NCBI GenBank assembly: GCA_965655095.1
Contig: OZ296649.1
Span: 94,860,001-94,924,000, forward strand
DNA: 64,000 nt
Direction of reading: 5' to 3'
DNA from: Haplodiscus bocki
Lineage: Eukaryota
The notes under the pieces were generated by a model that saw nothing but the letters and a program-made list of their open reading frames with translations, ran no database searches and was not told the origin of the DNA. Position 1 is the first letter of the stretch. Every line of letters starts with the position of its first letter. The position numbers and the translations under genes were made by a program. Shown here piece by piece: positions 19,514-32,797 of the stretch.

Positions 19514-20422
19514 ATAGATACAAAGTTGAAATTTTCAGTGTATACATAACTTTTAACGAGCTATCGAATGGTATATCATTTGTATATGTAGTTTAAAATT
19601 TTATAATCTGTACATGTTTAAAAATGACGTCATTTTGGGTTTTTATCAATTTTCTCAAAGATTATAATAGATACAAAATTGAAATTTTCAGGGTTTACAT
19701 AACTTTTAACGACCTATTGAATGGTATATCATTTGTATATGTAGCTTAAAATTTTCTAATCTGTACATGTTTAAGGATGTCGACATATACTGTTCTTGTC
19801 AAATTTCTCAAAGATTATAATAGATACAATGTTGATATTTTCAGGGTATACTTAACTTTTGACGGGCTTTCTAACGACATATCATCTGTATTTGTAGCTT
19901 AAAATTTTATAATCTGTACATGTTTAAGGATGTCGACATATATGAAAGTGAAAAATTCACCAGTATCGTTGATGTTGTCATAACATACCAATGATGTATA
20001 TTTATTCGAGTTTGTCTCCTTTTATTTTGTCTCCGCTTGTTGAATGGTATGTGAGTGATATCGATAAAAGTTAAGGCTTTGCGGCCGTAGTGTTTGGGGT
20101 TCACTACTTAATACGTATCCCCAGTCTTTGTCATTCACTACCTGTGATTCTCCGGAGGAACTGTCTTGCCATTAATTTGGTATAGAGGGGGAACTGTCTC
20201 CAGTGATGCGGCCATGGCTAGGACGGTACACTGAGCAAGAGCAGTTTTTGTAAATTTTTACGTTAATATCATCTTTTATGCGAGACGAAAAGGCGAAGCT
20301 CAAAGAGCTGAGCAATAATATAAGTGACCGGAGCGAAGCGTAGGGAACGGCTATAATGACGGATTTATTAGTAAGGAGCCGTCAGGCGAGTTACTGGTAA
20401 ATCCGCAATATAGTATATTATT
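19514..20422 (-). repeat. Right TIR, near-perfect part (degenerate homology continues to ~19141)
   Basis: Reverse complement of 2077-2985; identical 65-aa spurious ORF on both sides. Confidence 0.96.
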
Positions 20423-23400
20423 TATGTTTTCACTTGTCAGAGTTGGATTCTGGGTTGATAGCTTCACTGAGATCCACTCTGGGTCTGTGTCCCACTTGTG
20501 CGGGTGGAGCGAGTGAGAGCAAGTGTATAATGGTCGGCCAGCTTTCCGTGTCTATCACTAACTCGCAAAAATTGGTTCTGGAATGTATGCGTCATTACAT
20601 CGTCTCACTGCTCTTTTAGTCGCTGTGGCGTGTGAAAGATGTTGTGGAGTTTCTTTGATCTGTTTGCTCGTTGCATCATGCAGTTTTTCATGGGTAGGAA
20701 AAAATGCAACATCGAACCCTACGGTGTTTTTTTCGGCCAAAATGCTATTTTCAGAGAAATCGAGTTTCCAAGGTCGGCGCGCGTTTTTGCCGCGTTCACA
20801 ACTCGCTTTCAGCATTCAAAATATAGCTTTTTGCCGCAACGAATGTTTAGCATTTTCATTCTAAATGAAAACTGATCTGAAATTTATGCCTTATGTTCGC
20901 CGCGTTTTAAAATTTTTAGCAGAATAAAACGGATCTTTTATTTTTCAAATTGAACTAAACCTTCGGTTATCAACAAATTCGCCCAAATTTTCGGTGTCTT
21001 GCCCACCGAGTAAACATTTTTGCGCATAATTTGAAGAAGTCAATTCTAACGTATACTCGCTCGAACTTTTTGTGTTCTTTTGAGAAAACTGCAAGCTTTT
21101 AATGTACAAAATTAGCTGAGTTGCGATGTCTGATGGAAATTTTGACGTACGAACCATCTCTCCAGCTGTGCAGAAAACAAAGATCAATGCGAAGCGTTTG
21201 GTTTTGAGGATTGTTTTGGAATTTGAAAGTTGTTCGGAAAAGCTTGTGTTCTTACTGTTTGAAAGTCTGTCGAAATTCGCTATTTTCCAGATTCTCTCAA
21301 TTTTTGTAATTTCCTCCTTATCAACATTCTAGCTGCTGTCCCAAGTAATAAGATACAGAACCGCATCTTCAGATCTTTACAGTGGGTTTTCCTACAATTC
21401 TTCCTTAATGAGGTTTTCTAGTGGCTCAAGTGGTGTTTTTGATGCTATAAATTAGACCAAAATGTGCTAGTATAGCAATGTTTCCAGTTGTTTCCCTTTT
21501 GCGTTCCATATCAGCTTTCTAGCAAGTAGGCCATGTAAATATGATATTGAAGAAGAAATTCAGAAAAAATTCCCAAAACTTACAAATTGGGGTTATCGGT
21601 GGTTCAGTATCAAAGAGAAATAGCGTTTTTTTCACTTTCGGGACACTTACTGCTCTATCGCATTCTTAATCTGCTTCTTCGCAGCAAATGAATATTCAAC
21701 AAATCTTCATGATATGTTAATCTTTTTGGTCTTCAATTGTTGTTTAGGTGGATAAAGTAGCCAATTTGGCTATTGTACCATGGTTTTGGGTCTGTTGCCT
21801 TCAGGATAAACTACACGGGCAGCAAAATTAAAAAAATGAATGGTCAGTTTTGACGAATTTTTCAGATTTTTGAAAGTTCATAACAACATGATACTCTTGT
21901 TGCCTCAGACTTGGAAGTTATTTTAGTTTCTGTCCATTTGCTTTCCCAATTAGTCTGTCTCTGCAATTGTATCAGTAGGATGAAAGAAACATGCTTCTTG
22001 TCTGTACAATTTCTTCAGATTTCATTCTCGTATAGCAATTTTCTTTCTGAGAAAGTGCGAGCAACCACTTGTCCTAGGGCCTCTATTATTTGGTTCACGT
22101 CTCGAAGATCTCCTAAAACGTCTTCTGAGAAAGTTGCATATTTCTAGATTTTTCAGATCTTTGCACTATCGGGAGAAAAGAAGTCTACAGTTTCTGGGAA
22201 TGATCCCAAAAATGATTTCTAGACAGTATGGTAATTTTTAGGTTTTTAATGAGGTATAAATTTGTTTCGATAGTTTCGCATTTTTTCGACACGCTTTCCG
22301 ATCTTAATGATTCTTGCTTTTCCAAGTTTTCGGAAAACTGGAGGAGTTTAATTTGTCAGCTTTGCAAAGCTCCGCTTCGCCCTTAAAATCTGGGAGCTCT
22401 AGGGTTGCAATCGCATTCTGTACCAACTGAGATATTTCCTCTCGCGCATTGACAATTTCTTGTTAAATGTGAAGCGAATTATTTGCTTATAGCTTCTTTA
22501 TACAGCTTTTTTAACACTTGATATAAATATGTTTACACTTTAAACAAATATATAATTACCTAAGGTATTGAATTCTATACACTTGTTTAATCAGTCATAC
22601 TCGTAGTGCCATGGCCCCTTCGGTAATCAGTTATACTTTTCGATTTGCTCACTTGTGCTCCGTTTGCGCACGTGTTGCGAAGCCCAGCTTCGGCTCTGTG
22701 TAAAAGAATTTTCGGCGATCTCAATAGTTGTTCTATTTGTTCGTCGGATTGGAAGAAAAACGTTTTCCCAAAATTATATATAATTTTCTTTTTCATTAGT
22801 GCATTTCGAAAACTTTTAAAAATGCACGTCAGTAACTTTCCTGGTAGTAAGTTTCTGGCTCAATTCAGTTTGGCTCCTATCTTTATGGATCATTTTAAAT
22901 GAATTCGTCTAATGACCGCTGCAGTTGAATGTTTCTTTTTTATGTTTCAGAGTGCTCCTGCCCATCTGTACAGGGGTGCAAGAAGGTTCACGCCGTACTG
23001 AGTCAAGTTTCGAGGCATCATGCAAAATTTGAAAAGCTAATGACACATTTGGGACCTGAAACACAAGCATAATTTAATAGTAATATAGTAAAGTCGGTAT
23101 AGGATTTCAAAAATATATATTTGTACAGAACTCTTTTTAAATGAACAATGCTATTAGGGTTCATTCTTTTGTGCAATATTTGTTCTTTTGATTAAATGAA
23201 ATCAGATTATTTTAATGAAATTTAATTTCTAGATTGTTCCAAATTTGGTACAATGTTTTTTATTTATGGTCACAACGTAATTTATTACCAGGGTATAAAA
23301 TAATGCAAAAACTGTTGAACTGAAGGGCATTGATTCAGCTGTTTATTTTTCTGGAATAATTTGCATTATTTTATCTAGTTCCTCATACCACATGTAGGGA

Positions 23401-26400
23401 GTCTCCCGTAAGGGGCAACAGCTCATTTGCAATTTTCAGAAAGTTGTGCAATGTCAGTCGTTATTTGTATTCCATGTTCTATTTTATTGTCTACATTATG
23501 TATAAGATAGTTTTTGACCGTGAAATAGAAATCAGAATTCAGTATTGTTAACGTACTTATTTTTAAACGAGTTTAAGCACCATAGGCCACCTTGTATTCT
23601 AACGCACATAGTTTAGAACTCATGCAAAATATCTGTATAGTGTGAAAAATGTAAGTGTCGAGCCAAAAACACTTATTATCTTGAAGATCATTTCAAGTTG
23701 CTGAAGCAATTTTACTAGTCCTAAATCGACGATTTTTAAATTTATGGTTGTTACTGTGGTGAAAGAAATCGTAAGTTGCCATTGCTTAATTTATCAGCCA
23801 TTTTCTTCCGCAAAAAATTCTGCGTTCACTGACCTTTCAGATTCTTTTTGAATTTTCATGACATTCAAAGCGAAATATGAAAAATCACTAAGCATCTCAT
23901 ATATAAATAATGACAATAGCTTCGACCATTCTGCAATTCTTGAGGTTTTAACGACCAATCTTGAAGGTTGACTTTCGTGTTTTTTTTTCTGTGATATGGT
24001 TTGAAAATCGATGTTTCAGATTTTCAAGGTGCTACTCCCAATAAGCTCGAAAGTCATATTTAGCGAGGAGGCTCAATGTATTTTCGTTTGACAATAATGA
24101 AAGAGGATTTAAGTAAATAGGTGATCTCAAAGTATGTTGCTATCATTTATCATCGACTGCAAAAGAGAAAGATGCGCTCCAAAAAAAGATCGAGTGTTAG
24201 GAGTCAACAATTCCTGTTGTGAGATGAGAAAATTGCAAATTTTCGGTAAGACCTTTCTTAAAAATACCAAAAATTCTGAATAGCAGAAATTTTTGCGTAT
24301 TACTTTCCCACGTATCCAGAATTCAATCATTGTGGCTTGCAAAGTTTGGGTTCTGACACTACGCGGCAGTCCTTACTATAGGTTGCTTTGTAAATCGCAA
24401 TAAAAAATATTTTTTCCTCATATCTTTGGTATTGCAAACGTGGTACAACGAAATGCAATTTTCTTGTCTTACAGCAGGAATAGACTATAGGTTCCCCAGG
24501 ATATCACTTTATAAAAAGGTACGATTTCTTTTTCTCGAAGTTAGCAATTGCTGCAATGTATAGCAATATTACTAATATCAAGCAGTAACCAAATATTTTC
24601 CAACCAAGTGGCTATAATTTACCTTAGGTGTTTCAATAAAAGTAATACTAAATTGCATGGAAATTACAATGGAGACTAAATTCTCACATTTAATGAGGAC
24701 AATTATTGTCTTTTGACACTCAAATGTAAGTAACCAAACAATAATTCTACAATCCTAAAATTCTTGAAAGGGTTTAACTGACTGTGATAATTGCAATAGT
24801 GGTCAACCAAAGAACAATGATATCCACAACTATTTTCAGGGAGCCCCAATCGATGCCAAGGTATTAGATCTTATAGGGACATACATATCTTGACCTTTTT
24901 GTAAGGACTTCGGAAATTTCAGTATTTCGACGTACTTTTTTTTGGTGATGCTTGCTTTTTCGTACATTTTGTGACATCATCCGATCGAATTTCTTGGGAA
25001 ATTTTTGAAAAAAAAAGATTTTTTCAAAAGAAGCAAAGCTGAGTGGGAGTACAGGAGGGATCATATGAACAATCATAGTAGCAGTAAGAGCGTGAAAATA
25101 ATACTGATTTTTTTTCTTATTCCTCATTCAAGACATTGATAAATTTCTAAGACCCGGGAAACTTTGAATTCATTTGTACTATTGCGCGACAAAACAGAAT
25201 AAGAGTCAAGGGGGCTTATAGTTATCTCTGAAATTTCATTAAGTCCTATCCGCCTTGAGCGGTTGTTTCAGCATCTACAGCGTCTAAAATGAAGCTAATT
25301 GTAAAGTTTGTTGAGCTTCGTTCACTTGTTAAGTGATTGTCAGCTCACTGTGGTCATCCAGCTCACTGCCTTTTTTCATCTGCCTGTTTTTGTACAACTA
25401 CTGACTACACATGTACATGTATTACCACAGTGATGACTTATTACTATGTTTGCATTTCTCATGATTATAATCCAAAAAAATTCCGCTTTTCGTGTTCGGA
25501 CCTTTCCTCTTTCCGCCCTCTTATTCAGTTTTCAAGCTAGAAATGCGTACTGAATCGATACAAAACTAATATTTTTCAAAAATTCATTGATTTTTGAAAA
25601 AGAAATCGAGAATTTTTTTCGTCTCAAAGGAATGAAAAATTGCTAGATTCACAACTTTCGTCAACTTTGCGTTCTAGCTACTTATCTGTACTGGAGCTCC
25701 ATCTAATTGAACTTTTTAGTAGTTTTCATTGATATATGAAACTCTCTGAAAACATTTTTTTTCAAGTTTGGAAAACAAGAAAATGCAAATCGCACATTTC
25801 TTTAGTATATTTTAACCCTTTAACTTTCCTATCAGCTTTCTAATTACCAGTCGATACTGCATGGATCTGAATTTAAAATTTTGATGAATTCCCAGAATTT
25901 AGTATCCACTCGACAAAAAAGTAGCCTGAATAGCCTGAAAGGTGATCTATTATCGCAGTTTTCCAGTGATTTGAGTTAGCATCTCCGCCATTCAACTCCT
26001 TTCGCACGGTCGATTCTATATTGAATGGTATCAAGTTCAATTTGCAATAAGCGTCACTGAATCAACGAAATTTGCAGCAAGTTTTTTCTCGTGTCTCAAA
26101 ATAAAGCAAAAAAAGCTGACTGAGGCATACACTTTTCTTCGGGCGAGGAAGGAGGCAAGCTCATGGCGACGTTGCGTTAGAATTTTGGAACGCCGGCATA
26201 ATACTTTTCCCGTTCGATATTGGCCTCATTACCTTTTCTCAAGTTTTTGAACCTTGACGCCCAATTACTATTAACTTCCGGGCCCATCAACTTGATTGTC
26301 TCACCAAAAGTTCTGAAAATCTGTTACTGAACATTTCCAAAAAAGTCGATAGCCAAAAAATTTCGTTGGGTAAAAATTGGCAAAAACAATTTTTTTCACG

Positions 26401-29400
26401 ACATTCGGCTAAAACATTTCAACTTTGGCGCCTTAAATAATTTTGCTTAATGGTTCAATGGATCTGTTTTTTGTAGAAATTGTCGTCTAAGGTTGAAGTT
26501 GACCGAGCCAAAATTTTCAGTAGCCGATGACTTCGCGCCGCTTAAAATCCGACGAAAACAATTGAAAAACGATGTACTCTCTACTGACAGGTGGTACTTT
26601 TGCCCGTTTTTCAGGGCTATCGTTGTTTGGGTGGTCTTCCCTCGCCATTTAATCGGGAAAACATTTGAATACTAATAGTTTGATAGTTTGCCATAGCTTC
26701 TCGGATTTTATGGCTATGTTTTGTCTTGAAATTTGAAAGGTGTCCGAAAAACTTGTCGGCTCTTTCATCATCACTAGAGCCTTCAAGCATCTAATTGGTT
26801 TGAGTTGTTCGTGTAGAGATTAATGTAGGGACGGTACTCCATAAGGCGTGTCCATTTTTTGGTGTTTAATGCGGTAGAATTTTGGCGGAAACTTTCATAA
26901 AATTGTGGATGGAAGCATTTCCTTGCATTTTCGTTGGCTTCAATGCCTGCAAAGGCTTTGATTGGTTGCGTTGAGCCATTGATTAGATTTCAGAGGGTTA
27001 TAATAGAGTGGATTAGCCAATGAATATTCGAAGTTTTTTGCTGCTTAAATTTCTGGCCCAAACAGCAGAAAAAATGATTTCCATCTCTCCTGTTTTCCGG
27101 AGTTTATGTAGATCGAAATGCTTTTTAATGGCTCGATTTTTCCAGGAAGTAAAATTTTCGCACATAGCGGAACAAAAAAAATTGGAGAGATGAAGCCATG
27201 CGTTAGTTTATTTTTCGGCGAAATGAAAATGTCGGTCAACTTTTATGTTATTTCTGTGATTTCCAGTCTGCTTCTTCCTTTATTTCTAAAAGTTGTTTCT
27301 GCGGCACAGTCAAAACACAAACGTTGCTATGGCGTGTGGCTGTTTTGGAGAAAACTAAAAATGCTGCGTTGGCGATTGTTGCACCAAAGTTATCAGGGAA
27401 AAAATTACGCTGAATATTCATCAGATTCTCAGGCGTCACATCTATGTGTTGAAACACCTGCAAAAAATTATTCACAGTTGATTTTCCCATCCGTCGCGTA
27501 GATTTTGTTTTCGTGTAGCCTCCGATGTCTGTTCTCTTTTTCAATGCCCTTAATATAGGAATCGAGTAACCTGATTTGAAAAGAAAGAGGTCTGAATCTT
27601 GCAGAAACGCATAGTTTTTTAAAATCAAAACCGTAGGCGAAAAATTTTATGAGGACGACGCTGAAATTTTTGTTCCAGACTGAAACTAGCTGGATTTGAA
27701 CACTTGTCTCGCTTCACATGATCTTCCTGCTTGTTTCTTTGGCCATCGTTCATTTCCCATTTTACAAGGCCAACTGTGCGAGTCAATCAGTCAACCATTT
27801 AACTTTGGACTTCTAAAGGCCTACATATGATTTAAATACAAAGTATGCAGCAAAAAAATTGCCTAAATTTGAGTATTTTGAGTAAATGATCACTAAAATT
27901 ACAGAATTCTCTGATTTTCATATACACGTTACGTGACGATAGGATTCTAATCCACGAAAGTTTAAAGCTGTGCAGAACTTAATCGAGAATTTGAAAGTTC
28001 AAAATCAAAATAATGTTTTTTTGAAGGCAGTGTTAAACTTGAATCGTATTTCCTAGCACCGAGGTCTTGAACTCACCTAAATTTTGCATGGACATAACAA
28101 AAAGTGCAATCTAATAGTCATCTGTGATTGATATGAAAATCTTTTCAGGTTTTTGTAGCAAAACACGCTAGATTATCAGTCTGATTGTGATTTATTGAGA
28201 AGATATCGTTAAAATTGAATGGTTTTCAATTGCACTATGGTCTTCATCACTGTGGTCTTGCACTAGTTTTCTCTCTAGTGTTCTAAAGAAGCAAACTTCA
28301 ATAAATTTTCGCTTGGTTTTTAGTAATCGTATTTCAGCTCCGTATTTTCCAAAAATGCTCAGTATTTTATTTTCAGTGTTCGTAAAGGTGTTAGACTATA
28401 CGGTCTCACGTATCAAAAATTGATAAGAAGTTCCAAATTTAATTTGTAAATCTTATTGTTAATCTAGACGCCTGAACTGAACCAATTCCATTATTCACTT
28501 GAGTAGCTCAAGAAGTAAAGAGATGCAGTTTATCTATTAGGGAAAGTGGATGATAATTTATCTGATTCGCACATAACTTCTGATATTTGAAATTCCATTA
28601 AAATATTGATGGTTCAGAAAAATGTTATGATGTTTAATCTCGATATGAAGCAATTAAATTTTGCGGACTCACTCAAAGATAAGGAAGAAAGAAAAGTGTT
28701 CACAAACATTTAATTTAGTTGAAGAAAATTCTTTTTGTGCACTATTGCATAATGGCAAAAGAATGAAAAGACAATATTTTCAAAAATGATTCAACTGAAG
28801 ATATTAGCTGGTAACAACCGGCTACAGTCGGCACAACTGTAGTGAAACGACGTTTTAGTGAAACGAAGAAACGATCATCCGATGAATATCAATTTGCAAG
28901 CTTAGTTACGGTCCTTTAGCACCTGAAAACCGAATGGGGAAACAATCGTTGCTTTTGAGAAACATCGTGAAGGAAACTTATTGATCAGATTTCGCTAACT
29001 TTCTATATTGACTCATTTTGCAGAGCCGGGAACTTTTGGGTGAAATGACCAAGTGATTTTCGTTCTTTAGAGAATTTAAAATATACGTCTAATATTGCAG
29101 ATAACTTTTGTAATTTCGGTCAAAGGCTTCACTTTTCAACCAATTCAGTTGTTGAATTGTTTCACAGAGGAGAGTCTGAGCTTCGCAAAGCTAGCAACCG
29201 AAAAGCATTCAGTTTCTGTTAATTTGAAACGGCACCGGCACTACCTATGAATTTGAAAAAAAATGACTTTTGATAGTCAAAAAATATTTCAAATTTACCG
29301 AAAATATGCAAATTTTTCAGCAACTAGGACTTCATATGAAAAATCGAAATTCGCTGAACTGTGTGATCATTAAAGGCAAAATAGTTGCATATTATCAAGG

Positions 29401-30871
29401 GACTTTTGCACTATAGAATTTACTGCTCGCCAGAAACTAATGTTTGCTAATGTTGAATTATCGAAATGACCAGTTTGCAAAATCGAAGCCAAAGAGACGA
29501 CGCTGACTTTTTTAAAGACTGGGTATGGCTGCATTCGGACACTTGTTGCCTACTTACATGAGATGAGGTTCCGAGCACGCAGTTCACACGAGAATTTCAC
29601 TCATCTCAAATTCTGAATGGACTAGAGTCAGCCAAAAAAAGGCAGCTATAACAACAAACACTAGACGTCCAGTTGAGGTTTTTTGGCAAGTTCGTTTTTA
29701 TCTTCTTCAAAAATCCCCGTTTATTAGGGGTTTCACAGATCAATTTTACAGAAAATTGATCCTTTTTTAATCAAACTGAGGAGACTCGAGGCTTTATAAA
29801 AAGTTTTGGGGAAAGAAATGCAAAATAATTGACCCACGAAACTTCGTAGGAAACGTTTATGAGCCTTCGCACTAAGGTTTTTCTGGGCTTCAAAACAACA
29901 CAAAAATAATTCACTTGTTTTTTGTGTGGAATATTTCGTAGCATATTCTTTCTAGTAAAAGACTGCCAAAACATGCAACTGGTGATGATATTTGTGAATA
30001 TTAAAACTGGTTTTCTGAAGAAATCTGTTGAATTTCTTCAATCACGGCTCTCAATTGGCAGCTTTTAGTCCGCAAAACGTTATTCGTTGATAAAATTTTG
30101 GGCTCTACATGCATCAAAAACCTGATGGTTCGAAATAAATCAAAAGACAATTAGTTGTGATTATTTTCAGTTTTGAAACTCATTTTTTTCTGAAACCACC
30201 AGCTGGATTCTTTTATCAAGATCTCGCTCCAAAGCGTTTTGTATTTGGTTCAAAGATGGTGATATTTTAGACTATGTTCGTTGCATTGCAAAGCAGATAA
30301 ACTGGCGAGGCCTAAGAGCGTTATTTGTAATGTTTCTTCCTGATATTGAAAACTCATTCTTTTCAAACTACCGGCTCGGCTTCTTCAAACAAAACTCCCA
30401 TCGACGTTTCTCTAACTGTAGAATGTCAACCGATGAAGAAAAATTGATGTTACAAATGATCCGAGGTGAGATAACAATTTTGATCTTCGAATTATTTCTC
30501 CTCAGCCACCGGCTGGAATACCTCCATCAAAGTCTCAAATCACAGAAAAAAATCAAAAGTTTACGTCATGTTTTCATTCTTTCGATATCATATTGGAGCT
30601 CCATCAGTAATTTTTGAAACTGGCAAACTACACCTCTTTTGCCCGGGCACTTCTATGAAAATTGAGTGACGTTTCGGATTATCGTCACCGAATTCAATCA
30701 CTGGACAGATATTATGTTATTATGTAGTTAATCACGCACTAGAGTAAAGAAACCGAATGGAGAGCTAGAAAGGAAACCCTTTAGAAAATTGACAAAAAAA
30801 AGAACGCTTTTTGCGTTTTAAAAAAAATTAGACCATTTTTAGAAATTGAAAGAAAAACTGGAGAAAGGTGC

Positions 30872-32797
30872 TGTCGCAAGCTGCCACATACGACGGACAA
30901 ACGTACAATATGGCGTATGGTAACCCTTGCAACGGGCGGGACAAAGAATTGTTGCCTTCATTTTGGGATTGAAACGGAAACTTAAACCGTTTCACGTGGC
31001 ATTAGTTAGTTGATTTTTGGCAAAATAACAGTCTTTTTTGTATGTTTTTATTAAAACACATGTAAAGTATAGTAATTACCTGCAACAAATGTAATTGGTA
31101 ATTTGAAGGCGAAAGTGCTCCAAGATACTGCGTTAGTACGTAAATACAGAAAGTTATTGGTGCTGCTTTACTGTTTTTGGCTAAAAATCCAAGTTTACCT
31201 CTTTTTATTTACTAATGGCGGGGCTAGCCGCTTTATATTATTGTTCGGTCAAAATAACAATCGATGACTGCTTTTTGACCGGCCTAAAATAATGCAGTGC
31301 AGCACAGCGAGTCAACAACCAGTCTTTTGACCGGCTTGTGACCAAAGAAAAAACAACTCCTAAAGAAGCTATAATAGTCTCTGAAAATTTTAAACAGGCC
31401 CAAACTGGGCTTACTTATATTTCACAACCTGAAGTGTGCATCTATTTAACCAAACTAGTATCTTAATCGAACCATCCCTACAGGAATGATATAGCGTCAT
31501 ATTAAAAGATACAACCCTTTCTTGTGATCGGAAAACAATGGAAAACGCTGAACCAAAGCCTAAGAAAAAATGAAGGCAAGGGACAGTCAAAAACCGACCA
31601 GTTATTTGATAACCAGTTATGTGACTGCTGTTACTCGATAATGAAAACTGTGCATTATAAACGTGTTTTATGAAACCTTACCCACAACGATTGATCCCAA
31701 AGAACACAAAAACTACATCAGATGTTACAGGTCAGGAATAAACCCAATTGAGGCTCAAAAAAGAATTACTCGATGATATATCAAAACTGAGGCGCTTTTT
31801 TAGAAACAACGGTAAAAATAGACTTTGCTATCGGTGTTTAACCAAACCATATGGTCAGAATGTAGTCGCACATGGTAAATTGACCTCAATGGGAATCTGA
31901 GCTTCAGAATACCAACTATTAATATAACATAACTTTAATCTTCCAGACTGACATGTGACCTTGAACAGACTCTACCCTAACGTAAAGCATGCCCTTTAAT
32001 TTATACAGGATGCATTTGAGGAAAACCTTTTTTACATACTAACCTTGTTATCCCGGCTTGTTGCTCTTTATTTTAAGTAATCAAGTAATCGATGACATCA
32101 TGTAAACGTGGTATTTTTTCTTTTGATGTCAGTTAGAGCTTTAGTTACAGTTGGAGTTGCAGTTGTGACGTCATAAAAGGAACTACTCGTATTGGTAGCC
32201 GAACCAAGGGTCAATGAAGGAAACGCGACCGCTGATGCACCTAAGGTGAGGGCTTCAACCTAGTTGAACAGAGACTAACGACATGGTGCTTCCAAAAACC
32301 TTGAAATTACTTCGTTGCTACTTTTGAAGTAATTGTTACCTTTAACTCCGTTGTATGATCATATTTAATAACATTCCTTCAAATAAATGCAAAGAACTCA
32401 GCCCCAGTTGATAGTTTTCAAGAGGATGCGAATGCACGTGAGAAAAACATCACTTGTTGAATGCGTAGTGAAATGGATAGTGTAATGGCAACAGTTGAAA
32501 CCAGAGTACATAACGCAATCTTGGCTGCTATGGAAACTTCAGTAATTCCCAGAGTGGAGTTGGCCATGATATCAGTCAATACATTTTCTGCACAAGATAA
32601 AGCTAGCGTTTTGCCTGACCCGGACCAGAAAAATTTCTCAGGAAGTATCTAACGTCTTCGGATGACTGCCTCAAGTAGAATGAAATTGAACACAGACGTG
32701 GATAAGGTCGATGAAACTCTTGGTAATTTTACCGTCGAAGTAGGCGACTTGTCAGCCAAGGATAGAAACTTTGACCGGCATACACACAATCATCACA
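30872..32797 (+). mobile_element. Solo LTR (1,926 bp) containing a degenerate gag-like 5' segment
   Basis: TGTCGCA...CATCACA ends; GGTGC at 30867-30871 and 32798-32802; coding-like fragment at 32461-32652. Confidence 0.78.

Larger units (their letters stand above)
2077..20422. mobile_element. Full-length Polinton/Maverick (polintovirus, integrase-encoding), 18,346 bp
   Basis: TATGTT at 2071-2076 and 20423-20428 (6-bp TSD); long TIRs starting AATAATATACTA and ending TAGTATATTATT; pPolB, DDE integrase, MCP, minor capsid, ATPase and cysteine protease genes inside. Confidence 0.97.
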
